A stretch of DNA of 64,000 nt from a bacterium (GCA_029567195.1 JAKQLJ010000020.1:3971-67970); one strand, 5' to 3'; numbered from the stretch's first letter, positions 50,106 to 59,763 are shown. Notes: a model not told the origin generated them from the sequence alone. Numbers and translations: made by a program.

Positions 50106-51647
50106 ATGGATCTGACGAAAAAAAATGCCTTTACTGTCCTGGTGGCAATAATATTATTAGGCGCGTTCCTGCGTTTTTATAATATTGGAGCGACATCTTT
50201 TGTGGCCGATGAGTTTTTGGATATTAACTCCAGTTATGCCTATTTCAAAACCGGCGTATGGCAAAATTGGGATTTTAATTTTTCCCGGGTGAATAGCGAT
50301 AATGTTTTTGAAGCGCGGGATTCGCGGGCTTGGATATATAAAGGGCAAGTGGCTCAGGTTTTTAAATTCCTGCCGCCCACCGAAAGCGTTGCTCGTTCCG
50401 TTAGCGCCGCTTGGGGCGTAATTTCCATCATTCTTATTTATCTGGTGGCCAAGTATTTCACCCGAAAAAAAGAAATCGGGCTTATCTCTGCTTTTCTTTT
50501 TGCGGTCAGCGTTTCCGGCATTATTTTTGACCGGAAGCTGAGGATGTATGCTATGTTTTTTGCCGTATTTTTGGCTTTTTCCTGGATGCTTTATCGATTT
50601 TTGGAAGAAAAATACAAAGGAAAGAATAAGCTGGGTGTTTTCTTTTACCAAAAATTGGATATAAATATTATTTATCTCCTTCCGGCTATAATTTTAGGGG
50701 CTGTGAGCTTTTTGACCCATCAATTGACGGGCAATATAGTCATTATAATTTTTATTTATCTTTTGATCAGATTAATTCAAACCAGGAAAAATCTTTGGCC
50801 GAATAAATATTTGTTGGGACTGTCAGTCTTCTTTGCTGGTTATATCGTGGCTCTTCTTCTTTTTCCTGACAAATTAGCTGTTTTTTCCAAAGGAATCCGA
50901 TTATTCGAAAATCACTGGAGCTATCTGGCGGTAACCTTTTCCGATTACAGCAATTTCATCTTAGCTGGAATTTTTTTAGCAACCGGAATTTATTATTTAG
51001 CCAAAAAAGAAAAGCTAAAAAAGGAAACGCTTTGGCTGGCCGTTTCGTTTTTTGCCGTTCTCTTTTCGGCTATATTAATTTGGAATAGAAACGTGGGCGA
51101 TCAATACATTTTCTTTATCCAATCTTTTATGATAATTATTGTAGCTTCCGGCATTTATGCCGTTTGCAGTTTTTTCAAGGAGAATCTTAGCCAATTCGGC
51201 CGGCGCGCTGTTTATGCGCCGATAATTATCATCGCTCTTATTTTACCCAACTGGGGTTATTTTTGGACGGAAAGCAACACATATAAACAAACCAGTCAGT
51301 CAGATAACCCCAATTTTAGGCGGGTTTTTACTTATTTCAAAAAAGCTAAAAATAGCGAGGATGTTCTCATTACCAGAAATTTCAGAAATTATTATTGGAG
51401 TGGAGCGGGCGTAAAGGTTTTTGATTTTGGCGGAGAACTATCAACAGAGAAGCTGAAAACGGAAGATATCCAAAAAATTCAAAACGAAAATCACAGCGGC
51501 TGGTTTATCGTAACCGACAATGATGAAAGTTATGTTTCCAATGATGCTATGGAATATGCAGAAAAAAACTTCCAGCGCGTGAGCAATCCGGAAGTTCGGG
51601 GAAAAATCAAAGTGTATAGATGGCCGGCATCAGAAACTAATCTATAA
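50106..51647 (+). CDS. GT-C glycosyltransferase (PMT_2-like)
   Basis: SFVADE and RMYA motifs; polytopic. Confidence 0.7.
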   Translation: MDLTKKNAFTVLVAIILLGAFLRFYNIGATSFVADEFLDINSSYAYFKTGVWQNWDFNFSRVNSDNVFEARDSRAWIYKGQVAQVFKFLPPTESVARSVSAAWGVISIILIYLVAKYFTRKKEIGLISAFLFAVSVSGIIFDRKLRMYAMFFAVFLAFSWMLYRFLEEKYKGKNKLGVFFYQKLDINIIYLLPAIILGAVSFLTHQLTGNIVIIIFIYLLIRLIQTRKNLWPNKYLLGLSVFFAGYIVALLLFPDKLAVFSKGIRLFENHWSYLAVTFSDYSNFILAGIFLATGIYYLAKKEKLKKETLWLAVSFFAVLFSAILIWNRNVGDQYIFFIQSFMIIIVASGIYAVCSFFKENLSQFGRRAVYAPIIIIALILPNWGYFWTESNTYKQTSQSDNPNFRRVFTYFKKAKNSEDVLITRNFRNYYWSGAGVKVFDFGGELSTEKLKTEDIQKIQNENHSGWFIVTDNDESYVSNDAMEYAEKNFQRVSNPEVRGKIKVYRWPASETNL

Positions 51648-53223
51648 AAACCCGACTTTTAATCCTTTCTTCTATATCAAGCATTTTCTTTTCGTATGAA
51701 ATGTTTTTTAGGCTGATATTGTCAGTTTTTTTGCCTTTTATCTTAAAACAAAGTCCCCGATAATCCTGGCAATCAAAGCCGGAAACAGTTATATTTTGAC
51801 TTTCTTTGATTTCAAAAAGGGGATTGTTGTCTATCATTTTTAAAGTTATATTTTCAAAATTGATATTTTTTGCTTTGCTTAGGTATATTCCGTCCTTGGA
51901 AAGTATTTTCAAATTGGAAAAATTTATATTTTCCATCACCCCTTCAAGAAGTCCGTCTACTTTCAAGGTTCTTTGGTATCCAGAAGCTTCGATGTTTTTA
52001 ATATTGATATTTCTTATCTCCGGTTCCCGATCAATACTCGATTTCAATTTGGAATTATAAGAAAGGTCAATGATAGCTATTTCATTGGTGATATTTTCCA
52101 TCTTTATATCTTCCACCCACACATTCTCTATGAAGCCTCCCCGGCTCTTGGCTGACTTTATGCGGATGCCATTGTCAGTATTGGAGAAAATAGAATCATG
52201 AACAAAAACATTTCTTACTCCTCCTGACATTTCACTTCCAATAGCTATTGCTCCATGACCTTTTTGGAAGTAGCAGTTTTTGACGATGATGTTTTCTGAC
52301 GGGCGGTTGACTCTGAATCCGTCTTCTTCCAGTCCGGATTTTATGGCGATAACATCGTCGCCAGTGGAGAATGATGAATTTTCAATGACAACATTCCGGG
52401 AAGAATCAATAACAATGCCGTCAGTGTTGGCGGAATATGTGTCCACCTTTATTTTTCTGATTATAATGTTTTCAGAATAAACCGGATGAATGGTCCACAT
52501 CGGTCCGTCGCCGATAGACAAATCTTCAATCAAAATATTTTTACTGTTTACAAATTGGATAAAGGAAGGGCGCAATCCTGATTTTTCTGTGCCAAAAATT
52601 CTTTTTTCCGTTGGGACGCCGGAAGAAGCCATTTCAAACAATCTTTGGCGTTCTTCCCGACTTTCTACGCTGTCTTTTTGGGCCCAAGTCCACCAAAAAT
52701 CTCCGTTTCCAGTGAGCTTACCTTTTCCGGTTAAGGCTATATTTTGGCAATTAAGTGCGTAAATCAATGGAGAAAAACCATACATTTCCATTCCCTGAAA
52801 GCGGGTAAAAACCACCGGCAAATAATCGTTAAAATCGGTGCTGAAAACTATTTCCGCCCCTTCTTCCAGATGAAAATTTATGTTGCTTTTCAGGTGAATG
52901 GCGCCACTTTTCCATTTACCGGCAGGGATAACCACTTTTCCGCCTCCTTTTTGATGGCAGTCGTCGATGGCTTTTGTTATGGAGTTTGTGCTTAGCCCTT
53001 CGTCATTGTCAATGGCTCCGTAATCTCGGATATTACAAATCAAATTGGGAAATGCCGGCTCTTTTAAATCAGGCATGGAAAAAGGAACCGGCTTATCTTT
53101 TTCCGATTCTTTTTGACTGGTTTCTTTTGTTGAATTAGCTGTTTTTTCTTGATGCCAAAAATAAAAAGCGGTGCCGAATAGAAAAGTAAAAACAAAAAAA
53201 GCAAATAAAATTTTTTTATTCAT
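51637..53223 (-). CDS. GH28 polygalacturonase-like hydrolase, membrane-anchored
   Basis: All four GH28 motifs are present (NTDG, GDD, GHG, RIK); N-terminal TM helix. Confidence 0.88.
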   Translation of the reverse strand: MNKKILFAFFVFTFLFGTAFYFWHQEKTANSTKETSQKESEKDKPVPFSMPDLKEPAFPNLICNIRDYGAIDNDEGLSTNSITKAIDDCHQKGGGKVVIPAGKWKSGAIHLKSNINFHLEEGAEIVFSTDFNDYLPVVFTRFQGMEMYGFSPLIYALNCQNIALTGKGKLTGNGDFWWTWAQKDSVESREERQRLFEMASSGVPTEKRIFGTEKSGLRPSFIQFVNSKNILIEDLSIGDGPMWTIHPVYSENIIIRKIKVDTYSANTDGIVIDSSRNVVIENSSFSTGDDVIAIKSGLEEDGFRVNRPSENIIVKNCYFQKGHGAIAIGSEMSGGVRNVFVHDSIFSNTDNGIRIKSAKSRGGFIENVWVEDIKMENITNEIAIIDLSYNSKLKSSIDREPEIRNINIKNIEASGYQRTLKVDGLLEGVMENINFSNLKILSKDGIYLSKAKNINFENITLKMIDNNPLFEIKESQNITVSGFDCQDYRGLCFKIKGKKTDNISLKNISYEKKMLDIEERIKSRVFID

Positions 53224-53251
53224 TGGTGAAAAATTTTATTAACAAATCAAT

Positions 53252-54679
53252 TTATATGCCAAAAAGTCTCAAAGCCCATCCGAACAAGCTAAAAGATTTT
53301 TCTTTCTGCTGCACAAAAGCTTCATTTTCCTTTAGGCGACCGTCCATCTCATTTTTTAATTGGTCAATGTCCAGTTTGACTTCATCAAGATTAGTATTGT
53401 TGGAAAGTTCACTAAGGACGGCTATGTTTGCCTTAATTTTCTCATTGTATTCCTTGACAGGGGAAACCGCTTTTGGATCGAAGCCGAAAAAGAAAGATTT
53501 AAAGCGGTTGGTTTTGTTAATTTCTGTTTTTTTATTAGAAATTTCCTCCCATAATCTATTTTTATCTGATTTTATTTGCGCCAAAGTTTCCTTATTCTTT
53601 GTTTCTTTTTCCTCTTCCTGTTTGAAAACATCTTCTTCCTGCTCTTGTTTTACAATTTCTTCGGCGGATTTGTCTTCTTCTTTTATGGCTGTTTCACTCT
53701 CGATCGTTTCATTGGTTTTCTTTTCTTCTTCCGTTACCGCCTTTACCACATCGCAAGATCCACTGATGGCCTTTTTTTTGTTAAGTTCGATCTTATTGTT
53801 TGTTACGTCCAGAGAATCACTCCAATAATTGCTAGGCCTGCCTTCTCCGCCGCTGGGAGCGCCGCAATACATGCCGTAATGTCCATTTCGGCTGATAGTG
53901 TTTTTAGTGATGGTTATTTTTCCCGTTTTGCTGGCGCTGGAATAGAACTGGTTGGCTATGCCGCTGGCTTTATTTTTTTTAATGTCATTTCCTCTAATGG
54001 TAAGATTGGCGCTGCCGACCACTATTTCAATGCCACCTTCCCCGTTGCTGAATACATCGTTGCCAATAACCGAACCGCGCACTTTTTCCCTGATATCAAT
54101 TCCTTCTTCATCATTATCGTGAATGGAATTATCAACAATATCAATAGCCCTTCCTTTTTGGACATACATTCCCTTGGCGTTATAAGCCAATTCTGATTTT
54201 TCAATCACTACTGGAGAGCTGCCTTCTGTCATGTTGACTCCATTTTTTCCGGCGTTTTTTATAATACAGCCGGAAACAGTGGTTTTACCCTTGAGATTTA
54301 GGGCGTTCATGCCTCCCGAAACAGTCAGATTTTCCAGCTTATTGTTGCCTTCCAGATTAAGATTATTAAAATCATGCCCCTTTATTATAACCTTGGCTTT
54401 TTCTTGGCCATAAAGCTCTGTTTCCTTGGGAAGAGTCAGGTCGCCATCATACTCGCCATTTTTAAGATGGATTTTTCTTTCGCCGGAACCGTTGCTTTCA
54501 GCTTTTTCCACCGCTTTTTTAAGAGTCTTATATGGCTTGTCAGATGTCCCTTCTTCATCGCCGTCATAGCTCTTGTCAACATAAATGTTATAACTGGCTG
54601 CCCGGGCCATTTGAGGACAAAAAATAACAAACAAAAAAAGCATGACCGGGAGCAAAAGACACCTTTTAAAATGGTTCAT
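53252..54679 (-). CDS. Secreted right-handed beta-helix protein with an acidic/coiled C-terminus
   Basis: Signal peptide ending ARA, YVD...GT..KPYKT motif, repeated N..xGI beta-helix rungs. Confidence 0.7.
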   Translation of the reverse strand: MNHFKRCLLLPVMLFLFVIFCPQMARAASYNIYVDKSYDGDEEGTSDKPYKTLKKAVEKAESNGSGERKIHLKNGEYDGDLTLPKETELYGQEKAKVIIKGHDFNNLNLEGNNKLENLTVSGGMNALNLKGKTTVSGCIIKNAGKNGVNMTEGSSPVVIEKSELAYNAKGMYVQKGRAIDIVDNSIHDNDEEGIDIREKVRGSVIGNDVFSNGEGGIEIVVGSANLTIRGNDIKKNKASGIANQFYSSASKTGKITITKNTISRNGHYGMYCGAPSGGEGRPSNYWSDSLDVTNNKIELNKKKAISGSCDVVKAVTEEEKKTNETIESETAIKEEDKSAEEIVKQEQEEDVFKQEEEKETKNKETLAQIKSDKNRLWEEISNKKTEINKTNRFKSFFFGFDPKAVSPVKEYNEKIKANIAVLSELSNNTNLDEVKLDIDQLKNEMDGRLKENEAFVQQKEKSFSLFGWALRLFGI

Positions 54680-54696
54680 TAAATTTGAAATAAATA

Positions 54697-56271
54697 TTAT
54701 TTATTTTTTTTAAATCCAAAACTTCGGGCTAAAAACTGCAAATCTTCTTTTTTTATCTCTCTTAAAGTATATAAAATAATAAGGTAAAAGACAAACAGAA
54801 TTACGGACCAGGGAATGAAAATCAAGCTTCCTTTGGAAAAAAAGAAGGAAACTGCGTAGACAACAAGTCCGGCCGAAGATATTTTCAAAAAACTTTTCAG
54901 TTTTATTTTCACGCCGAAATCTCTCCAGACGTAATAGAGCATAAAAAAGGTGACGACGGCCGAAGCGATAGAAGTGGCGATGGCCGATCCCATAATGCCG
55001 TATTTTTTTATTAAAAAATAATTCAAAATGGTGTTGACAGCCAAGCCAAAAATGGAAAGAATCATGGGGATTTTAACTTTTCCGGCGCCGCTCATAACAA
55101 AGCAAAAAACATAATAAATCGTTAAAAAGCCGACACCCCAGACCAAAACGGACATTGGAGCGGCGGCATCAATATAGCGGCTGGAATAAAAAAGCTTGAT
55201 TATTGGCGCGGAAAAAACGCTCATAAGGATGACAGACGGAACAAGAAGAACAAGCATAAGTCGTAGTGTTTGATTGACGATTTCGCCGGCTTTGGTATGA
55301 TTTTTTTCCGCTGTCGTTTTGGAAATAACAGGAAGAAGCACGACAGTCAGAGCGTAAAAAATATAATAAGGAATGCGGCCGATGGTAAGTGCGGCATTGT
55401 ATATGCCGGTCAGATAATCATCTTTCAAAATGCCTTTTACCAGATATAAATCAATGCTGATCAGAAGTTCGTAAGCCAAAAAGAAGATGACAATTTGCCA
55501 GGCATAGTTGACTAACTTCTTCCAGTCAAATGTTATGTCATCGGGCATCTTGTTGTCATTCCCGCGAAGGCGGGAATCTAGCATGGAAATTTTAGCTATC
55601 TCATTGGATGTCGGATCAAGTCCGGGATGACAATTTTCTAATTCTATTTCCTTTGCTTTGATTTTCGGACTTATCCGGATTTTATCGATGGCATAACCGA
55701 TAAAGAACAAAATTCCGGGAGCCATAATATATCCAACTATGGAACCTTTCAACTTGAAATAATAGGCCAAGGCAATGATGAATATCAATCGTAAAACTGA
55801 GCGGGTAATTTTCAGGATTGATTGGATGCCAAATTCGTGAAGTCCGGTGAAATAAGAAAAATAAAATGAAGCGGCGGCAAAGGCGGGAATTATAAGCGTG
55901 GAAATTTGGAAAAGGGGAGTGAGGGTTGGATCTCCAAGAATCTTGGAAATAAGCGGCGCAGACAAGAAAAAAAGGACAGTGATGGAGCCTATAATGATGC
56001 TTTGTAAAATAATAGCTTGCCGTTTTATTATCCCAACCATTCTCGGATTAGATTCAAAAATTTCACTGATATATTTGCTCATGGCGGTCGGAATGCCGTT
56101 GCCGATAAGAATGATGACCATGGTGGTAAGAGTTACCACTAACCCGTATCGTCCATAATCTGCCGGGCCCAAAATTCTTCCGACAACCGAGTGAATGACA
56201 AAACCGGAGATATTAAAGATTATCTCCGAAACAGTGACCCAAATTGTGGCCTTGGCGAAACTTTTAGACAT
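54697..56271 (-). CDS. Wzx/MOP-family flippase with an in-frame palindromic insert
   Basis: RILGPADYG motif; about 14 TM helices. Confidence 0.8.
   Translation of the reverse strand: MSKSFAKATIWVTVSEIIFNISGFVIHSVVGRILGPADYGRYGLVVTLTTMVIILIGNGIPTAMSKYISEIFESNPRMVGIIKRQAIILQSIIIGSITVLFFLSAPLISKILGDPTLTPLFQISTLIIPAFAAASFYFSYFTGLHEFGIQSILKITRSVLRLIFIIALAYYFKLKGSIVGYIMAPGILFFIGYAIDKIRISPKIKAKEIELENCHPGLDPTSNEIAKISMLDSRLRGNDNKMPDDITFDWKKLVNYAWQIVIFFLAYELLISIDLYLVKGILKDDYLTGIYNAALTIGRIPYYIFYALTVVLLPVISKTTAEKNHTKAGEIVNQTLRLMLVLLVPSVILMSVFSAPIIKLFYSSRYIDAAAPMSVLVWGVGFLTIYYVFCFVMSGAGKVKIPMILSIFGLAVNTILNYFLIKKYGIMGSAIATSIASAVVTFFMLYYVWRDFGVKIKLKSFLKISSAGLVVYAVSFFFSKGSLIFIPWSVILFVFYLIILYTLREIKKEDLQFLARSFGFKKNK
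55553..55633. repeat. In-frame palindromic element (81 bp) inside the flippase
   Basis: TTGTCATTCCCGCGAAGGCGGGAATC...GTCCGGGATGACAA; encodes CHPGLDPTSNEIAKISMLDSRLRGND. Confidence 0.85.
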
Positions 56272-56899
56272 TGTTTTTTATTTCTTCGAAAATTTGCATC
56301 TTGTCCCTGTTGCCGTCAATTATTTTCCAATTCCATTGGTCGGATTTCTTATCATAAATTTCCTTTTTCTTCCGAAGATATTCTATGCCCTGTTCAGGTT
56401 TTCTTTCGCGTTGCATGATTTGTTCGGGAGAGGCTTGGAGGTAAATCGCTATATCGGGACGTATAATTTTGTCATTTCCGCCAAAGCCATGCTTACCGGC
56501 AGGCAGGCGGTAATGACAACTTAAGAATTCTATATTTATTATGCTATCATAAAAATAACGGTCGCTGAGAATATAGTCATAACCGGAATTACGTAATTTA
56601 TTGCGTAATTTTTCAAATCTCCAGATATCGATTTTTAAAAATATTTTTCTCAGTTGAATTTGCATCCAGTTGGCCTTGGTGACGCTTTTTTCTTCGCTGT
56701 TTTTAATATTGCATTTTCCGGTCAACCGGCAAATCAGGCAATATTTATTTTTAAAATTGGCCAGCTTTTTAGCCGTCCCGTGCTGGATGGCATGGAAATA
56801 AAAAACCTTCTTGCCTTGCTGTTCAAGATAGTTTTTGAGCAGTTCTATTTGGGTTGATTTTCCACTGCCATCAAGGCCTGAGATAGTAATAATTTTCAT
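56264..56899 (-). CDS. Thymidylate kinase-family protein with an in-frame palindromic insert
   Basis: P-loop GLDGSGKST, SDRYF and PDIAIYL motifs. Confidence 0.75.
   Translation of the reverse strand: MKIITISGLDGSGKSTQIELLKNYLEQQGKKVFYFHAIQHGTAKKLANFKNKYCLICRLTGKCNIKNSEEKSVTKANWMQIQLRKIFLKIDIWRFEKLRNKLRNSGYDYILSDRYFYDSIINIEFLSCHYRLPAGKHGFGGNDKIIRPDIAIYLQASPEQIMQRERKPEQGIEYLRKKKEIYDKKSDQWNWKIIDGNRDKMQIFEEIKNNV
56469..56519. repeat. In-frame palindromic element (51 bp) inside the kinase gene
   Basis: TTGTCATTTCCGCC-AAAGCCATGCTTACCGGCAGGCA-GGCGGTAATGACAA; encodes CHYRLPAGKHGFGGND. Confidence 0.85.
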
Positions 56900-56955
56900 T
56901 GATTTCTCTGCGAATTACTAATTTTATATAAATATACGAAAAAGAAGATAATTTT

Positions 56956-57789
56956 TTATAACGGGCTTTTGATGTTTTGCAAATTATTATTGGCCACTTT
57001 CGTGTAAATCTGGGTTGTTTCCAGCTTGGCATGCCCTAAAAGCGTCTGGATATATCTTATATCAGTTCCACCTTCCAGTAAATGCGTGGCAAAAGAGTGG
57101 CGAAGAGAATGGCAAGAGGCGCATTTTTTTATGCCTGAATTTTTGAGCGCTTCAGCAAAAACCTTTTGTGCGGTTCGTTCCGTCAGTTTGCCTCCGCGAT
57201 CTGATTCAAAAACATAATTATCCGCGTTTTTATTTTTTACATATTTTCGCAGAACATTGATTATTTTTTCCGACAAAATAGTCGTTCTGTCTTTTGCGCC
57301 TTTAGCGCCGCGGATAAATAATAATTTACCGTCAAAATCAAAATTTTTCACTTTTACGCTCACAACTTCTGATACTCGCAATCCTGATGAATACATAAGT
57401 CCCATCATTAGTTTATGTTTGACGCTTAAAATAGTTCCCAGAATTTTCCTAATTTCCTCTTTTGTAAAAACTTCCGGTATTTTCTTGGGTTTTTTGGCGC
57501 GAGGAATATTGGCAAAAAACCGGCGGCGGAGTATTTTTTCAAAATAAAATCGGAGGGCGCTATAAGCGGTGTTTAGTGTTGAGGCGGATTTGCTGTCATC
57601 TACCAACTTTTCCAAATAATTCCGTAAATCCTGGGCGTTGATATTCCTGGGATTTTTATTTGCGAACTTTAAGGCGGCTGTTATATAATAAAGATAAGAT
57701 TCGACAGTTCTGGGACTAAAATGCCGCAGTTTCATCTCCTGTTTTAATTGATAAACCGGATCCTTGCTAGGGTAATAATTTCCATTCAT
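56956..57789 (-). CDS. Tyrosine recombinase (integron-like integrase lacking the IntI-specific insertion)
   Basis: SAM-like N-terminal domain (STLNTAYSALRFYF); intact R-K-H-R-H-Y residues in SGLRVSE, KGAKDR, HSLRHSFATHLLE, LLGH and TTQIYT; divergent from the cassette array. Confidence 0.9.
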   Translation of the reverse strand: MNGNYYPSKDPVYQLKQEMKLRHFSPRTVESYLYYITAALKFANKNPRNINAQDLRNYLEKLVDDSKSASTLNTAYSALRFYFEKILRRRFFANIPRAKKPKKIPEVFTKEEIRKILGTILSVKHKLMMGLMYSSGLRVSEVVSVKVKNFDFDGKLLFIRGAKGAKDRTTILSEKIINVLRKYVKNKNADNYVFESDRGGKLTERTAQKVFAEALKNSGIKKCASCHSLRHSFATHLLEGGTDIRYIQTLLGHAKLETTQIYTKVANNNLQNIKSPL

Positions 57790-57850
57790 ACCCTCTTATG
57801 ATTAGAAATTTATATTCTAATTTTAGCACAATTAAAGTATATTTTAAAAC

Positions 57851-57878
57851 AATTCGCATATAAGAAGTTATCGGAAAT
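57851..57878 (+). other. Putative attI, 11-6-11 site AATTCGCATAT-AAGAAG-TTATCGGAAAT
   Basis: Lies between the integrase start and cassette 1, with G|TT at 57867. The left arm resembles the attC L' boxes (ACTTCGCATGT). Confidence 0.7.
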
Positions 57879-57897
57879 AAATTAAAAACCTCAACCT

Positions 57898-58323
57898 ATG
57901 AAGAGATTAAAATGTAATGTCGGCGAATATGGCGTAATCGTAAATCAACGAGAAGAATTTTTGATTTTAAGACTCCCCCTAAACAAAGAGTTTGCCAAAG
58001 AAATGTGGATGTTCCCGGGTGGCCGACTTGATGCTGATGACCAACCTGAGCTTGGCTTACAGCGTGAAGTACTAGAAGAAACCAGCCTTAAAATAAAAAT
58101 TATCGCTCCTGTTCACGTCGCCAGATGGGGAATTGAGAATCCGTCGAAGTACTCGGTATTTTTTCTATGTCGTTTAATTGGCAAGCAGGAAGTAAAGATC
58201 AGCCACGAACATATTGAAAGCAAATGGATAAAATTTAGTGATATAGAAAAAATCCCTTGGCATAATATTAACAGTAAGCTAGCAGCAAAAAAATCAAAAA
58301 TTCTCCTGGCGAAAGGTTTTTAA
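57898..58323 (+). CDS. Cassette 1: NUDIX hydrolase
   Basis: Nudix box FPGGRLDADDQPELGLQREVLEETSL. Confidence 0.85.
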   Translation: MKRLKCNVGEYGVIVNQREEFLILRLPLNKEFAKEMWMFPGGRLDADDQPELGLQREVLEETSLKIKIIAPVHVARWGIENPSKYSVFFLCRLIGKQEVKISHEHIESKWIKFSDIEKIPWHNINSKLAAKKSKILLAKGF

Positions 58324-58326
58324 TTT

Positions 58327-58408
58327 ACATCCGATAACACGCGATATCCAAAATTTACTACGTTGCACTTTAGTAAACTTCGGATATCGCGGATACGTTA
58401 TCTGAAAT
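58327..58408 (+). other. attC-like site 1 (simple hairpin)
   Basis: ACATCCGATAAC-A-CGCGATATCC...GGATATCGCG-GATAC-GTTATCTGAAAT. Confidence 0.85.
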
Positions 58409-58428
58409 TGCAAAAAGCTTTCTAAAAA

Positions 58429-58980
58429 ATGATAAAAAAACCAAAAAGGATAATCATTGTTCCCAGCAACGACATCAATCCTCTGAACCAGCTATCAAAT
58501 ACTCATACATTGTTGAGATGTAAGGACGCTTTGAAGCTATGGAAAACAAATGGGTTTGATTTTATCGTAACTTCTGGAGGTTGCTACTACAACAAAAAAG
58601 TACAAACTATACCCGCCGCTGACATAATGAAGAGTTGGTTTGTTTCAAATGAAGTTCCTGAGGCTCAAATTATCAGTGAGAATAAATCGCTTGATACTTA
58701 CACTAACCTTCATTATTCGTTGAAATTATTGAAAGATAGCAACATCACTCTTGGTAATTTAGCTATTGTCAGTCATTGGACACACCTGACCAGAATAAAA
58801 ATAATTTTGTGGCGAAATTATAAAATCAAACCCGTTTGTTTTCCCGTTGAGTATAAACTGTCTTTTGCTGAATGGCTACATGAATTTTTTTGGTTTTTTT
58901 ATCATTTTTTAGACAAAACAGGCGATGGATTTCTGGAAAGAAAGATTCGCAAAATGGTTGAGGTTAGAGCTTCTTCGTAG
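58429..58980 (+). CDS. Cassette 2: YdcF/DUF218 (ElyC/SanA-like) protein
   Basis: TSGG, AxxMK, ExKSxDTxxN and VSHWTHLTR motifs. Confidence 0.75.
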   Translation: MIKKPKRIIIVPSNDINPLNQLSNTHTLLRCKDALKLWKTNGFDFIVTSGGCYYNKKVQTIPAADIMKSWFVSNEVPEAQIISENKSLDTYTNLHYSLKLLKDSNITLGNLAIVSHWTHLTRIKIILWRNYKIKPVCFPVEYKLSFAEWLHEFFWFFYHFLDKTGDGFLERKIRKMVEVRASS

Positions 58981-58992
58981 GAGCTTTTTGCA

Positions 58993-59179
58993 ACATCAGA
59001 TAACACGGCACATGCGGTTCATCCCGCCCTTTCATTTTTATATCAAGGTATGGCGGGACTCTCCCAAATTGCGCTGACGATATGGCTAGCTTAGTGATAT
59101 AATCAAGTAAAGCGAAATTAACAAATTTAATCAATAATCCACGGCGCAACTTCGCATGTGCCGAAACGTTGAGCGAAAT
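58993..59179 (+). other. attC-like site 2 (branched)
   Basis: ACATCAGATAAC-A-CGGCACATGCG...CGCATGTGCCG-AAAC-GTTGAGCGAAAT with two internal arms. Confidence 0.85.
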
Positions 59180-59232
59180 AATAATAAATTTTCCTTTTAA
59201 CTAAGACAGTTCAATTCCGGTCATTTTCTTAT

Positions 59233-59712
59233 ATGCAGAAAAAAATCAAATATTTAAAATCTTTACCAAGCAAAACCGTGGCAGTAGGTGTTTTATTGTT
59301 TGATAGAAATAATCAACTTCTAGTCTTGAAGCCTGGGTACAAGGATTGCTGGACAATCCCAGGCGGTATTGTAGAAAAACTTGAATCGCCGAATATAGCT
59401 GCAATACGAGAAGCAAAAGAAGAAGTTGGCTTAGCTATTAAGCTTGTTCAATGTATTGGCGTTGATTATTTGTCATACCAACTCGCAGATTATAAAGGTG
59501 AAAGTTTGCATATTATTTTCATTGGCAATCGCTTATCAAGCAAAGATGTTAATAATATTCATATTGATGGTAAGGAAATTATTGAATACAAATTTGTTGA
59601 TTTTAAAGATGCGGTAAAAATGATTGACCCGCTTCTTTCTAGAAGGCTAAGGGGATTGCATAAAAAGCTCAACAAATTTGTGTTTATGGAAAACGGGATA
59701 AGGAAAGCGTAA
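59233..59712 (+). CDS. Cassette 3: NUDIX hydrolase
   Basis: Nudix box IPGGIVEKLESPNIAAIREAKEEVGL. Confidence 0.88.
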   Translation: MQKKIKYLKSLPSKTVAVGVLLFDRNNQLLVLKPGYKDCWTIPGGIVEKLESPNIAAIREAKEEVGLAIKLVQCIGVDYLSYQLADYKGESLHIIFIGNRLSSKDVNNIHIDGKEIIEYKFVDFKDAVKMIDPLLSRRLRGLHKKLNKFVFMENGIRKA

Positions 59713-59763
59713 AAGAAAATGACCCGAATTGAATTACAAATAAGGAATGAAAAATTTATTATT

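Noticed and set aside
53223-54196. Plus-strand ORFs of 201 and 206 aa
   Set aside because: They are antisense shadows of the beta-helix gene with low-complexity S/F-rich translations.
56956-57789. Integrase as a housekeeping XerC/XerD or prophage integrase
   Set aside because: No phage genes are nearby, and the divergent layout with an adjoining cassette array fits an integron-like role better. A dual role is not excluded.
57802-57820. TTAGAA-N7-TTCTAA palindrome upstream of the integrase as a LexA box or operator
   Set aside because: It is short and AT-rich and does not match an SOS box I can recognise.
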